A stretch of DNA of 64,000 nt, taken from the IMG/VR virus record IMGVR_UViG_3300031612_000001; one strand, given 5' to 3'. The position numbers and the translations under genes were made by a program. The notes under the pieces are model-generated. The model saw only the letters and a program-made list of their open reading frames with translations, was not told where the DNA came from and ran no database searches. Each line of letters starts with the position of its first letter. Within the stretch, counting starts at the first letter, position 1. Source of the stretch: an uncultured virus (IMG/VR IMGVR_UViG_3300031612_000001) (taxonomy: Duplodnaviria > Heunggongvirae > Uroviricota > Caudoviricetes). Below, piece after piece: positions 46,555 to 55,350 of this stretch.

Positions 46555-47555
46555 AGATATTAGTAGTTGGCGCTGGATTTGCTGGTGCAGTTATAGCAAG
46601 GGAATGCGCAGAACAAGGACACACGATAGATGTAATAGATCAAAGAGATCACATTGGTGGTAATGCTTATGACTACACTGATGAAAATGGAATACGAATT
46701 CATAAATATGGTCCACATCTCTTTCATACAAACAACGTTGATGTAGTGAAGTGGCTATCTAGATTTACTGAATGGACTCAGTATCAGCATAAAGTTAAAG
46801 CTCAATTGGATGATGGACGTTATGTTACTCTACCAGTTAATAAAGAAACAAAAGAAATAGTGGGTGAAGAGAATGTACTAGATATTTTCTTTAGACCTTA
46901 CACTTATAAGATGTGGGGTAAAACATTAGATGAATTAAATCCTGCAATAATAAACAGAGTTCCAATACGAGATGATGATAATGAGTTGTATTTTCCTAAT
47001 GACAAGTATCAGCAAATGCCGAAAGAAGGTTATACTAAGTTGTTTGAGAATATCTTTAGTCATACTAATATTAACGTATGTACTTCAGTAGCTTTCAATA
47101 AATTAATGGAAGAGGATTATGATTATATCTTTAACTCGATGCCTATAGATGAGTACTTTGATAATTGCCATGGTGAATTGCCATATAGATCTATCAAGTT
47201 TCATAACGTAACACTAAATCAAACTAAAGTTTTACCAACAGGAACAGTTAATTTTACACATGATGGTCCATTTACAAGAGTAACCGAATGGAAGAATATA
47301 GCAAATCACGGAGTAAACGACTATAAAACAGTGCTTACTTACGAAGAGCCATGTGATTATAAGGATAATAATATGGAAAGATACTATCCAGTTCAAGACG
47401 TAGAAGGAACTAATAGAGATACGTATAAGAAATACAAAGATATGGTAGACGAATCTAAAATGAAATTTATCGGAAGGTGCGGTCAATATGTTTATATCGA
47501 TATGCACATGGCAGTTGGCGGAGCATTAGCAGTAGCAAGGAAATTTTTAAAATGA
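46551..47555 (+). CDS. glf: UDP-galactopyranose mutase
   Basis: GAGFAG FAD motif; IGGNAYD; HKYGPHLFHT; YTYKMWG; RYYP; GRCGQYVYIDM. Confidence 0.92.
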   Translation: MKILVVGAGFAGAVIARECAEQGHTIDVIDQRDHIGGNAYDYTDENGIRIHKYGPHLFHTNNVDVVKWLSRFTEWTQYQHKVKAQLDDGRYVTLPVNKETKEIVGEENVLDIFFRPYTYKMWGKTLDELNPAIINRVPIRDDDNELYFPNDKYQQMPKEGYTKLFENIFSHTNINVCTSVAFNKLMEEDYDYIFNSMPIDEYFDNCHGELPYRSIKFHNVTLNQTKVLPTGTVNFTHDGPFTRVTEWKNIANHGVNDYKTVLTYEEPCDYKDNNMERYYPVQDVEGTNRDTYKKYKDMVDESKMKFIGRCGQYVYIDMHMAVGGALAVARKFLK

Positions 47556-48736
47556 ATTACGCATCAATAGTACCCTTAATTGGCGGGTCAACAATAGCCA
47601 TGCAAAACGTATTTGGTAAAAGACCAGAATATATGATGACATACGATGGGTTTCAAGATAATGAAAAGCATCTTATTAATTATTATAATAATGAAGTACC
47701 ATATTATAATCTATCAGAAGGACCTAAACCAACTCATAACGTTGATGTAGTAAATACAGTATGTCCTTGTGCAGGATTAAGTTCTCTATCGGTTGCATCT
47801 AGTTCTACTAATGAAGCTAATGACTGGATGGTCACTTCTGCAGAATACGTACTAAGTACAGTTAAACCTAAAGTATTCTGGGGAGAGAATGCACCGAGGC
47901 TAGCATCTAAAATGGGTGAGCCCGTAGTAGAAAAATTAAGAAGGATTGCTTATAGACATGGATATACATTTTCATTGCTACAAACTAAGTCAATACTCCA
48001 TGGGCTAAGCCAAACTAGAGATCGATCATTCTATTTCTTTTGGAAAGATAGTAAAGTTCCTCTCTTTGATTATATTCATGAAGCACCAGGAAACATAGCA
48101 GAAGATATTAGATCAATATCCTTAGATAGTAGTGATCCAATGTCAGCTTTAACTAATGAAAAAACACCCTCAGAAAATCCATTTTATCGATATGTATTAG
48201 AAGCAATCGAAGGTGGTATTACTCATAAAGAATTCAGTTCCAAGCTTACTAAATCATGTAACGTTATGGACTATATAGAAGAACATACGAATTATAAAGA
48301 AGTTTCAGTTTGGATGGAAGAGCATGGATTTGAAAAAGAATCTAAGAGATGCTTGACAATGTATCACAAATTAAAATCAGGTGGCAATATTATGAGAAAG
48401 AATATTGAAGTACCATGTGATAAAATTGGTGCATTTGTTGGTCATCTACCAACTATGTTAACTCATCCAGATGAAGACAGATTCTTGACTGTAAGGGAAG
48501 CCTTATACATTATGAGAATGCCAAGTGATTTCGAATTGCTTGACCCTAAAAGAACACTAAACCATATATGTCAAAACGTTCCGGTTACAACTGCAGAGTT
48601 TGCAGCTAAACAGATCTATAAATATTTAAATGGACAGATTGATTTAGTAGACACAGATTTTCTTATTCAAGATAATCGAAAAAAAGCCATAAAATATCAA
48701 AAAAACAGTGTACAACTCGACAGTTTTATGGTATAA
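47552..48736 (+). CDS. divergent C5-cytosine methyltransferase-like protein
   Basis: Motifs IV (CPCAGLS), VI (GENA), VIII (QTRDR), IX (HPDEDRFLTVRE) and X (QNVP) present; motif I FxGxGG replaced by VPLIGG. Confidence 0.75.
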   Translation: MNYASIVPLIGGSTIAMQNVFGKRPEYMMTYDGFQDNEKHLINYYNNEVPYYNLSEGPKPTHNVDVVNTVCPCAGLSSLSVASSSTNEANDWMVTSAEYVLSTVKPKVFWGENAPRLASKMGEPVVEKLRRIAYRHGYTFSLLQTKSILHGLSQTRDRSFYFFWKDSKVPLFDYIHEAPGNIAEDIRSISLDSSDPMSALTNEKTPSENPFYRYVLEAIEGGITHKEFSSKLTKSCNVMDYIEEHTNYKEVSVWMEEHGFEKESKRCLTMYHKLKSGGNIMRKNIEVPCDKIGAFVGHLPTMLTHPDEDRFLTVREALYIMRMPSDFELLDPKRTLNHICQNVPVTTAEFAAKQIYKYLNGQIDLVDTDFLIQDNRKKAIKYQKNSVQLDSFMV

Positions 48737-48737
48737 T
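48709..48737 (+). promoter_or_regulatory. early promoter
   Basis: TGTACA-17 nt-TATAAT overlapping the end of the methyltransferase-like gene. Confidence 0.75.
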
Positions 48738-48760
48738 ATACTAATATTGAGGAAAAAAAT

Positions 48761-49270
48761 ATGTTAAATACAAACGAAAAATTTCCAGGATTTATGCTTA
48801 ACGGCGTAAACTCGGAAAATCAAATTGTTCAAGTTAAATCAGAAGATCTTTCTGGTTCTTGGGCAGTCATTTACTTCTACCCAAAAGACTTTACGTTCAT
48901 TTGTCCAACTGAAATTTCAGGTATGGATAAACTATGCGAAGAGGCTATTGTAATGGGAGTATCTGGTGATAATGAATATTGTAAGCAAGCTTGGAAAAAA
49001 TCCAATCCGCTTATAAAAGACATTACACATACACTGGCAGCCGATCCCGGTTTGTCATTAGCAGGAAGATGTGATATCATTAATATGATTGATCTTGTAG
49101 CAAATAGAGCAACGTTCATTATCGACCCTGAAGGTATAATCCAACATTCATCAATGAATGCAATGGATACTGGAAGGAACGTAGATGTACTATTACAAAC
49201 TCTCGAGGCACTTAAAGCAGGCGGTTTAACCGGATGTGATTGGGTTGCAGGAGAGCAGTTCGTTGCCTAG
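48761..49270 (+). CDS. ahpC: peroxiredoxin (AhpC/Prx1)
   Basis: [24 protein letters not shown] and GRN motifs; C-terminal Cys. Confidence 0.92.
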   Translation: MLNTNEKFPGFMLNGVNSENQIVQVKSEDLSGSWAVIYFYPKDFTFICPTEISGMDKLCEEAIVMGVSGDNEYCKQAWKKSNPLIKDITHTLAADPGLSLAGRCDIINMIDLVANRATFIIDPEGIIQHSSMNAMDTGRNVDVLLQTLEALKAGGLTGCDWVAGEQFVA

Positions 49271-49514
49271 TGTAGATCTAAGACCGCGTAAACCAAATCC
49301 TAAGGATAAAAGACCTCAGAAGGAAATGCCCTTTGATGTTGGTTTACGCAAATTTAAGAAAGCTTGTGAGAGAGCTGGAATCGTGCAGGAGGTTCGTAGG
49401 AAAGAATTCTATGAAAAGCCAACTGCTAAAAGAAAGAGAAAAAAGGCTGAAGCAATTGCTCGTACTCGCAAGCAAGAAAGAGCAGCAAAATTAAGACCGA
49501 ACAGGTGGAGATAA
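49263..49514 (+). CDS. rpsU: ribosomal protein bS21
   Basis: [38 protein letters not shown]; probable TTG start at 49263. Confidence 0.88.
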   Translation: MPSVDLRPRKPNPKDKRPQKEMPFDVGLRKFKKACERAGIVQEVRRKEFYEKPTAKRKRKKAEAIARTRKQERAAKLRPNRWR

Positions 49515-49518
49515 TATT

Positions 49519-50583
49519 ATGGGTATAATGGATAAACTTAAAAAGAATTCCAAAATTAAAACAACAGCTATATTGCAAGAGAGTATATTCTTTCAAAAGC
49601 AAGATACAGTTAAAACTGAGGTGCCAATGATTAACGTTGCGCTATCAGGAGATGTTGATGGTGGAATGACAAGTGGATTGACAGTATTAGCTGGTCCTTC
49701 CAAACATTTTAAAACATCATTTGCATTACTTATGGCAAGTGCTTATTTAAAAGAACATGAGGATGCAGTATTGTTATTCTATGATTCAGAATTTGGTTCA
49801 CCGCAATCATACTTCGAATCATTCGGTATCGATACTAGTAGAGTATTACATACTCCTATTACAGATGTCGAGCAATTGAAATTTGATCTTGTAGGTCAAT
49901 TGGATAATATCGATCGTGGTGATAAAGTATGTATTGTTATTGATTCAATTGGTAACTTAGCTTCTAAGAAAGAATTAGAAGATGCACTGAATGAAAAAGG
50001 TGTAGCTGATATGTCAAGAGCAAAAGCTTTAAAAGGATTATTTAGAATGGTAACACCATATCTAACAATGAAAAACGTTCCTCTTTTAGCAGTTAACCAT
50101 ACCTACCAAGAAATTGGTCTGTTTCCTAAAGCAGTAGTTTCAGGTGGCACAGGTATATATTACTCAGCAGATAATATTTGGATTATTGGTAGAAGGCAAG
50201 AGAAAGTTGGAACTGAAATCAAAGGTTATCATTTTGTAATTAACGTAGAGAAATCTAGGTTTGTTAGAGAGAAATCAAAGATACCTATCTCAGTTACATG
50301 GGAAGGTGGAATTGAAACTTATTCTGGTTTGCTAGATGTCGCTCTTATTGGTAACTATGTTGCTAAGCCTTCCGTCGGTTGGTATTGTAGAGTTGATAAA
50401 GAAACTGGAGAGTTACTCGATCCTAAAGTAAGACAAAAAGGTACTCTTGAAAAAGAATTCTGGGACCCAATCTTTGAAGGTACCGACTTTAAGAAGTTCC
50501 TCAAAGGTCATTACCAAATAGGTCATAAGCCTTTACTAGAAGTTGCAACTGACTTATCATTGGATTCTGAAGATGCCGAATAG
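49519..50583 (+). CDS. uvsX: UvsX recombinase
   Basis: AGPSKHFKT, FYDSEFG, DSIGNLAS and GGTGIYYSAD motifs. Confidence 0.96.
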   Translation: MGIMDKLKKNSKIKTTAILQESIFFQKQDTVKTEVPMINVALSGDVDGGMTSGLTVLAGPSKHFKTSFALLMASAYLKEHEDAVLLFYDSEFGSPQSYFESFGIDTSRVLHTPITDVEQLKFDLVGQLDNIDRGDKVCIVIDSIGNLASKKELEDALNEKGVADMSRAKALKGLFRMVTPYLTMKNVPLLAVNHTYQEIGLFPKAVVSGGTGIYYSADNIWIIGRRQEKVGTEIKGYHFVINVEKSRFVREKSKIPISVTWEGGIETYSGLLDVALIGNYVAKPSVGWYCRVDKETGELLDPKVRQKGTLEKEFWDPIFEGTDFKKFLKGHYQIGHKPLLEVATDLSLDSEDAE

Positions 50584-50923
50584 TGTTGTCGATAATAATG
50601 ACTTTAAATATATAGAATCAGAAGTCGAAGACTTTTATGGTATAGAACTTCTTACTCATTCGAAGTGGAAAGGAATCCAATACATATATGGCAAGGTGAA
50701 TATAAATGAATCACCTGAACTTGGAACAGCCACGTTAGGATTTACCTATCAAGTTGTAGATTCTAAACAATTCGAAGAGGATGATTTAATAAATGATATT
50801 AAATTTAAAAATTATCTGGGTGGTATATTACAACATATCATTACAGATTCACTAGATAATGGAGCAAAGATTGGAAATAACAAATCAAATACAAACACAC
50901 ATACTCAATCATCTGATAAATGA
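50573..50923 (+). CDS. gp40: gp40-like head vertex assembly chaperone
   Basis: Position between uvsX and gp41 as in T4; YIYGKV...LGFTYQV pattern. Confidence 0.55.
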   Translation: MPNSVVDNNDFKYIESEVEDFYGIELLTHSKWKGIQYIYGKVNINESPELGTATLGFTYQVVDSKQFEEDDLINDIKFKNYLGGILQHIITDSLDNGAKIGNNKSNTNTHTQSSDK

Positions 50924-52262
50924 TGAGGAGTATTGCCGTAGAGTAATACCTTTCCTAAAGAAAGAATATTTTGAACATGAACACAGGGTCGCATTCGATC
51001 TTGTGGTTCAATTTGTTACTAAACATAACAAAATACCATCAGGCAAAATTCTAGAGTTAGAGCTTAAGAAAGTTCAAGCTCCTGATGATGTTCTAACAAG
51101 AACTCAAGAATTGATTGATGAAATGAAAGTAAGATCTGATCTTGATATAGATTATATTATAGCAGAATCTGAAAAGTGGTGTAAAGATAGAGCAGTATAT
51201 AATGCTATAATGGAATCTATTAAAATCATTGATGGCAAAGATCCAGAGAAAGATGATGGTGCAATCCCTGAAATTCTTTCTAATGCATTGGGTGTTTCTT
51301 TCGATCCTAATATTGGCCATGATTATATCGATAACTCGGATGATCGTTTCCATTTTTATAATACGAAAGAAGAACGTATACCGTTTGATTTAGATTACAT
51401 GAATAAAATTACAAAGGGTGGCTTACCGAATAAGACCTTGAATATTGCAATGGCCGGCACAGGCGTAGGTAAGTCACTCTTCATGTGTCATTGTGCAGCA
51501 GCTAATCTTGAGCTAGGAAAGAATGTATTGTACATTACTATGGAAATGGCTGAAGAAAGAATTGCTGAACGTATTGATGCTAACCTTATGGATTTACCAA
51601 TCCAACAATTAGAGACTCTTCCTAAGAATGTATTTGATTCTAAGATAGAAAAGATTGGTAAAGGCTCAATAGGTAAACTTATCATAAAGGAATATCCTAC
51701 AGGTGCAGCTCATACTGGACACTTTAGGGCATTACTTAATGAATTAAAACTTAAAAAGAATTTCAAACCGGATATCATATATCTAGATTATTTGAATATT
51801 TGTGCATCTTCTAGGGTGAAAGGCCTTGGTGGATCTATAAATACTTATTCCTACATTAAATCTATAGCAGAAGAGCTAAGAGGTTTAGCGGTGGAATTTA
51901 ATCTTCCAATCATGAGCGCAACTCAAACAACGCGTGGTGGTTATGGTAATACTGATGTCGGACTGGAAGATACTTCGGAATCGTTCGGTTTACCCGCAAC
52001 GGCTGATCTTATGTTTGCTCTCATATCAACTGAGGAACTAGAAGAATTAGGCCAAATGCTGGTAAAACAATTGAAGAATCGTTATAACGATCCAACCAAA
52101 TACAAAAGATTTGTAGTAGGTATTGATCGAGCAAGAATGAAACTTTACGATGTAGAAGAGTCGGCTCAAACTGATATTATGTCAGATATGGCTCCCGACA
52201 AACCAATCGCAACGTGGGGCGATAGAGAAAACAAAGACACGTTCGCGGAATTCAAAACATAA
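50859..52262 (+). CDS. gp41: replicative helicase gp41
   Basis: AGTGVGKS, ITMEMAEE, IKEYPT, DYLNI, SESFGLPATAD and QLKNRY motifs. Confidence 0.96.
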   Translation: MEQRLEITNQIQTHILNHLINDEEYCRRVIPFLKKEYFEHEHRVAFDLVVQFVTKHNKIPSGKILELELKKVQAPDDVLTRTQELIDEMKVRSDLDIDYIIAESEKWCKDRAVYNAIMESIKIIDGKDPEKDDGAIPEILSNALGVSFDPNIGHDYIDNSDDRFHFYNTKEERIPFDLDYMNKITKGGLPNKTLNIAMAGTGVGKSLFMCHCAAANLELGKNVLYITMEMAEERIAERIDANLMDLPIQQLETLPKNVFDSKIEKIGKGSIGKLIIKEYPTGAAHTGHFRALLNELKLKKNFKPDIIYLDYLNICASSRVKGLGGSINTYSYIKSIAEELRGLAVEFNLPIMSATQTTRGGYGNTDVGLEDTSESFGLPATADLMFALISTEELEELGQMLVKQLKNRYNDPTKYKRFVVGIDRARMKLYDVEESAQTDIMSDMAPDKPIATWGDRENKDTFAEFKT

Positions 52263-52454
52263 ATGGAGAAAATATATATGTTAAATTCGATAAAAAACTG
52301 GGTAAAAAATAGATTGCCTGAAAGAACTTCACATGACGGAGTATTGCTTATTGTGATATGCGGTAGTGTGTTGCTTTTTGGTGGTGTAGCTAAACTACTC
52401 GCATGGGTAGGAATAGGTTACGGTATCTATACTTTAGTCAGAGAGGAAGCGTAA
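52263..52454 (+). CDS. small membrane protein
   Basis: ERTSHDG followed by two hydrophobic segments. Confidence 0.6.
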   Translation: MEKIYMLNSIKNWVKNRLPERTSHDGVLLIVICGSVLLFGGVAKLLAWVGIGYGIYTLVREEA

Positions 52455-53071
52455 TGAGTTATTTAAAATCATTAGGAATGGCAACATTATTAATTCCATC
52501 ATTTTCATTTGCAGACGTAAGTGGTAGTGTAGGATATAGTAGTGATTACATGTGGAGAGGGGCAACTCAATCCAATGGCCAATCTAGCTTTAACGCCAAT
52601 CTTGAAGTAGAATCCAACGGTTTCTTTGCAGGTGCATGGACTGGACAAGTTGACTTCGGAGACGATGCATCTTGGGAAAGGAATCTATATTTAGGATATG
52701 GCTTTAGCGTTAGTGATAACTTAAGCGTCAAAGCGGGTATTAATCAAATACGTTATGACGGTGGTGGAAGAGGCGTGAAAGAAGAAGGATTTGTTAAAGT
52801 AAATTACAAAAACTTAAACGTCATGTATTTTCTAGACACCGAAAATGAAGATGATTACGCGCATATCAGCTATGACATATCGGACTTTGTTCCAGTAGTA
52901 GATGTAGCTCTTGGTTATGGTTACCATGACGAAGAAAATGATTTCTCGACAATGACCGTATCATATGATCTAAACGATGAATTCGAACTTAGCATGATGG
53001 TAATGCTTGACATGGCTTTCGAAAATCAGTTTAGTGATTCTGTATCTCTCGGTTTACATTATAATTTTTAA
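52454..53071 (+). CDS. TorF/Gcw_chp-like outer-membrane beta-barrel protein
   Basis: Signal peptide ending SFA; SDYMWRGATQ; GAW...VDF; alternating beta strands; C-terminal YNF. Confidence 0.8.
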   Translation: MSYLKSLGMATLLIPSFSFADVSGSVGYSSDYMWRGATQSNGQSSFNANLEVESNGFFAGAWTGQVDFGDDASWERNLYLGYGFSVSDNLSVKAGINQIRYDGGGRGVKEEGFVKVNYKNLNVMYFLDTENEDDYAHISYDISDFVPVVDVALGYGYHDEENDFSTMTVSYDLNDEFELSMMVMLDMAFENQFSDSVSLGLHYNF

Positions 53072-53089
53072 GAAAAGGACTAATATATA

Positions 53090-53746
53090 ATGATGGATGT
53101 GAAACTCATATCATATTCACAACCAGCTGTAGACTTCGATATACCAAACGATGTTCTACAGTTGGTTGCCTATTGCGCTAGGGTATCAAACCCAGACAAT
53201 CAGAATAATGAAAAAACAGCAGAAGGTCTAGTTAAGTATTTAATGAAGCACAAACATTGGTCACCATTAGAAATGGTATCTGTTTGTATGGAGATTAATT
53301 GCCCTAGAGACATTGCTAGACAAATACTTCGGCATCGTTCATTCTCTTTTCAAGAGTTTAGTCAACGATACGCCGACCCAACAAAAGACTTAAAGTTCAC
53401 TACGAGAGCAGCAAGGATGCAAGATCCTAGTAACCGTCAGAATTCTATTGAATTACCAGAAGACGATACTATTAACTACATCTGGGAATCATATCAAGAA
53501 ACAATAATCGAAAGATGTAAGAAAGCATATGATTGGGCTATCGAAGCTGGCATAGCAAAAGAACAAGCCCGTGCAGTATTGCCTGAGGGTTTAACTATGT
53601 CACGTATGTATGTTAATGGAACGCTAAGAAGCTGGATTCATTACATAGAACTAAGAGGATCTCATGGTACTCAAGAAGAACACATAGAAATAGCCAAAGC
53701 CTGTGGCAAGGTAATTGACACTATATTCACTCCCTTATCTAAATAA
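53090..53746 (+). CDS. thyX: flavin-dependent thymidylate synthase ThyX
   Basis: HWSPLE, RHRSFSFQEFSQRY and EQARAVLP motifs. Confidence 0.96.
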   Translation: MMDVKLISYSQPAVDFDIPNDVLQLVAYCARVSNPDNQNNEKTAEGLVKYLMKHKHWSPLEMVSVCMEINCPRDIARQILRHRSFSFQEFSQRYADPTKDLKFTTRAARMQDPSNRQNSIELPEDDTINYIWESYQETIIERCKKAYDWAIEAGIAKEQARAVLPEGLTMSRMYVNGTLRSWIHYIELRGSHGTQEEHIEIAKACGKVIDTIFTPLSK

Positions 53747-53769
53747 ACGAAAATAAACGTAAAAAAGGG

Positions 53770-53798
53770 TGTACATTACTAGTAAACTATGGTATAAT
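53770..53798 (+). promoter_or_regulatory. early promoter with A-rich UP element
   Basis: TGTACA-17 nt-TATAAT; 3' flank identical to the 31176 copy. Confidence 0.85.
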
Positions 53799-53828
53799 AT
53801 ACCTATATTAGATAATAAAGGAGTTAAT

Positions 53829-54242
53829 ATGAAAAACGAAATAAATCAACTACTAGAAGCCATCGCCGATGACTATAGGACGTTTCAAACTAGATCGAAA
53901 GTTGCCAATGGGTATACATACGATGTAGAAGAAAACGTAGCTGAATTCAAAGAAGCACTTACCGTGAAGGAAGGTTCTAAATACATTAGAATCGATACTA
54001 AAGGTTCAGTGTGGGGATTCATAAACAAAGGTAACGACAAATTTAAAGTTGGCGATATCTTAAAACCAGCTGGATATAGAGCTCCAGCGCTTAACAAGGC
54101 AAGAGGAAACATCCTTGATAAGTACACGGTATCTTGGACAGGACCACACTATCTTGCTGGTTACTCAGCAGGTGGAACGAGAGATATGGATCTCTTAAGT
54201 GGCAACTCTAAAGTTATCACAGTTGAAGGAGTATCAGTATAA
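53829..54242 (+). CDS. conserved early phage hypothetical protein
   Basis: KYIRI...SVWGFI...GDILKPAGYRAPA...RGNI; AAGGAG SD. Confidence 0.7.
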   Translation: MKNEINQLLEAIADDYRTFQTRSKVANGYTYDVEENVAEFKEALTVKEGSKYIRIDTKGSVWGFINKGNDKFKVGDILKPAGYRAPALNKARGNILDKYTVSWTGPHYLAGYSAGGTRDMDLLSGNSKVITVEGVSV

Positions 54243-54529
54243 TGAATACTCCCGGAATCCAATACGATATGTTTAGTGATACGTTTACTGCAAGGTTCGA
54301 GCACATAGCAACAACCTACCCAGTATACTTATATCTAAATGAAAATGAGTTTAAGCTCATGACAGTCAAAGAGAACATGGATGCTAAGTTCGACCAAGCA
54401 TTACAGTCACTTTGGTTAAGAGGCATTATCCCTCAAACTGGCGGTTCAGTTAATGAAGATATTGCCGACTTTCAAGAGAATCACTTCCTTGAAGGTGTAT
54501 ACAAAAATGAACAATTAAGGAGTCACTAA
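54242..54529 (+). CDS. hypothetical protein
   Basis: 95 aa, translationally coupled ORF. Confidence 0.6.
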   Translation: MNTPGIQYDMFSDTFTARFEHIATTYPVYLYLNENEFKLMTVKENMDAKFDQALQSLWLRGIIPQTGGSVNEDIADFQENHFLEGVYKNEQLRSH

Positions 54530-54969
54530 TGACACAAGCACAATTAAAGCAAACGCAATCAGCTATCCTAGTTGACATGGATGGAACGTTGTGCCATAGA
54601 GAAGGATTCACCGATAGAGATCCGTATGATTACACTAGATCTGGTGAAGATGGATTAGACCCAACGGTTGCAGATATCGTTCAAAGATTTTCTGCTGACC
54701 ATACTATTATCATCTTTACAGCAAGACCTGCTGCAGCTGAATTCATTTGCAGAACATGGTTGAAAGAACATGGTGTTACATTCGACGCTATCTTCCTCAG
54801 GAAAGACAAAGACTTTAGAGAAGATTCAATCGTTAAATGGGAAATGTTTCAAGAACATGTTGAGCCATTCTACAAAGTTGCATTCGTCTTAGATGACAGG
54901 CAACAAGTTGTAGACATGTGGAGAGCAAACGGATTAAAGACATTACAGGTTGCGTCCGGTGATTTTTAA
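54529..54969 (+). CDS. HAD phosphatase similar to the T4 Pnkp (PseT) 3'-phosphatase domain
   Basis: DMDGTL, FTAR, D..VK and DDRQQVVDMWR...LQV motifs; no kinase domain. Confidence 0.85.
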   Translation: MTQAQLKQTQSAILVDMDGTLCHREGFTDRDPYDYTRSGEDGLDPTVADIVQRFSADHTIIIFTARPAAAEFICRTWLKEHGVTFDAIFLRKDKDFREDSIVKWEMFQEHVEPFYKVAFVLDDRQQVVDMWRANGLKTLQVASGDF

Positions 54970-55105
54970 AGTCACAGCAATAAAGGAAGGCAATATCGTA
55001 TCAGAATATCTATATGAATTAGAAGAAACTGCTACGGTATTTGCCGTTCGTATGAGAGAAAAAGGTTATCAAATCAAGATTGAAAAGATAGCATCTCATG
55101 ATTGA
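54959..55105 (+). CDS. 48 aa hypothetical protein
   Basis: GTG-started ORF filling the gap and overlapping both neighbours. Confidence 0.4.
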   Translation: MIFKVTAIKEGNIVSEYLYELEETATVFAVRMREKGYQIKIEKIASHD

Positions 55106-55277
55106 AACTATAATTGGAATTATATGTGTCATAGGCGTAGGCTGGACTTCTTATAAAATAGGAAGGCGTGAAGGCGCTCAGCATTGCTTAGACATACTAC
55201 ATGACAAACGGATTATCAGCTATGATAGTGATGGACAAATAGTTCCTAACCCATTCTTCATCCCAGAAGAGAATTAA
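55098..55277 (+). CDS. 59 aa protein with N-terminal TM helix
   Basis: MIETIIGIICVIGVGWTSYKIGRREG... Confidence 0.55.
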   Translation: MIETIIGIICVIGVGWTSYKIGRREGAQHCLDILHDKRIISYDSDGQIVPNPFFIPEEN

Positions 55278-55282
55278 AATTG

Positions 55283-55344
55283 TATAAATAGATATACAGT
55301 AAACTAAGAAAAGCCTTTACATTGGCTAAAAAGTATGGTATAAT
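55283..55344 (+). promoter_or_regulatory. tandem late (TATAAATA) and early-type (TTTACA-17-TATAAT) promoters
   Basis: TATAAATA at 55283-55290; TTTACA at 55316-55321; TATAAT at 55339-55344. Confidence 0.7.
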
Positions 55345-55350
55345 CTATTT

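Noticed and set aside
11909..52262. Introns, inteins or homing endonucleases in gp17, gp43, gp41 or uvsX
   Set aside because: These ORFs are continuous and of normal length, with no LAGLIDADG, HNH, GIY-YIG or intein motifs noticed
28762..53810. Repeated TGTACA...TATAAT sequences as CRISPR repeats or att sites
   Set aside because: They are dispersed, sit upstream of genes and have fixed 17 nt spacing, so they are promoters; no array or cas genes are present
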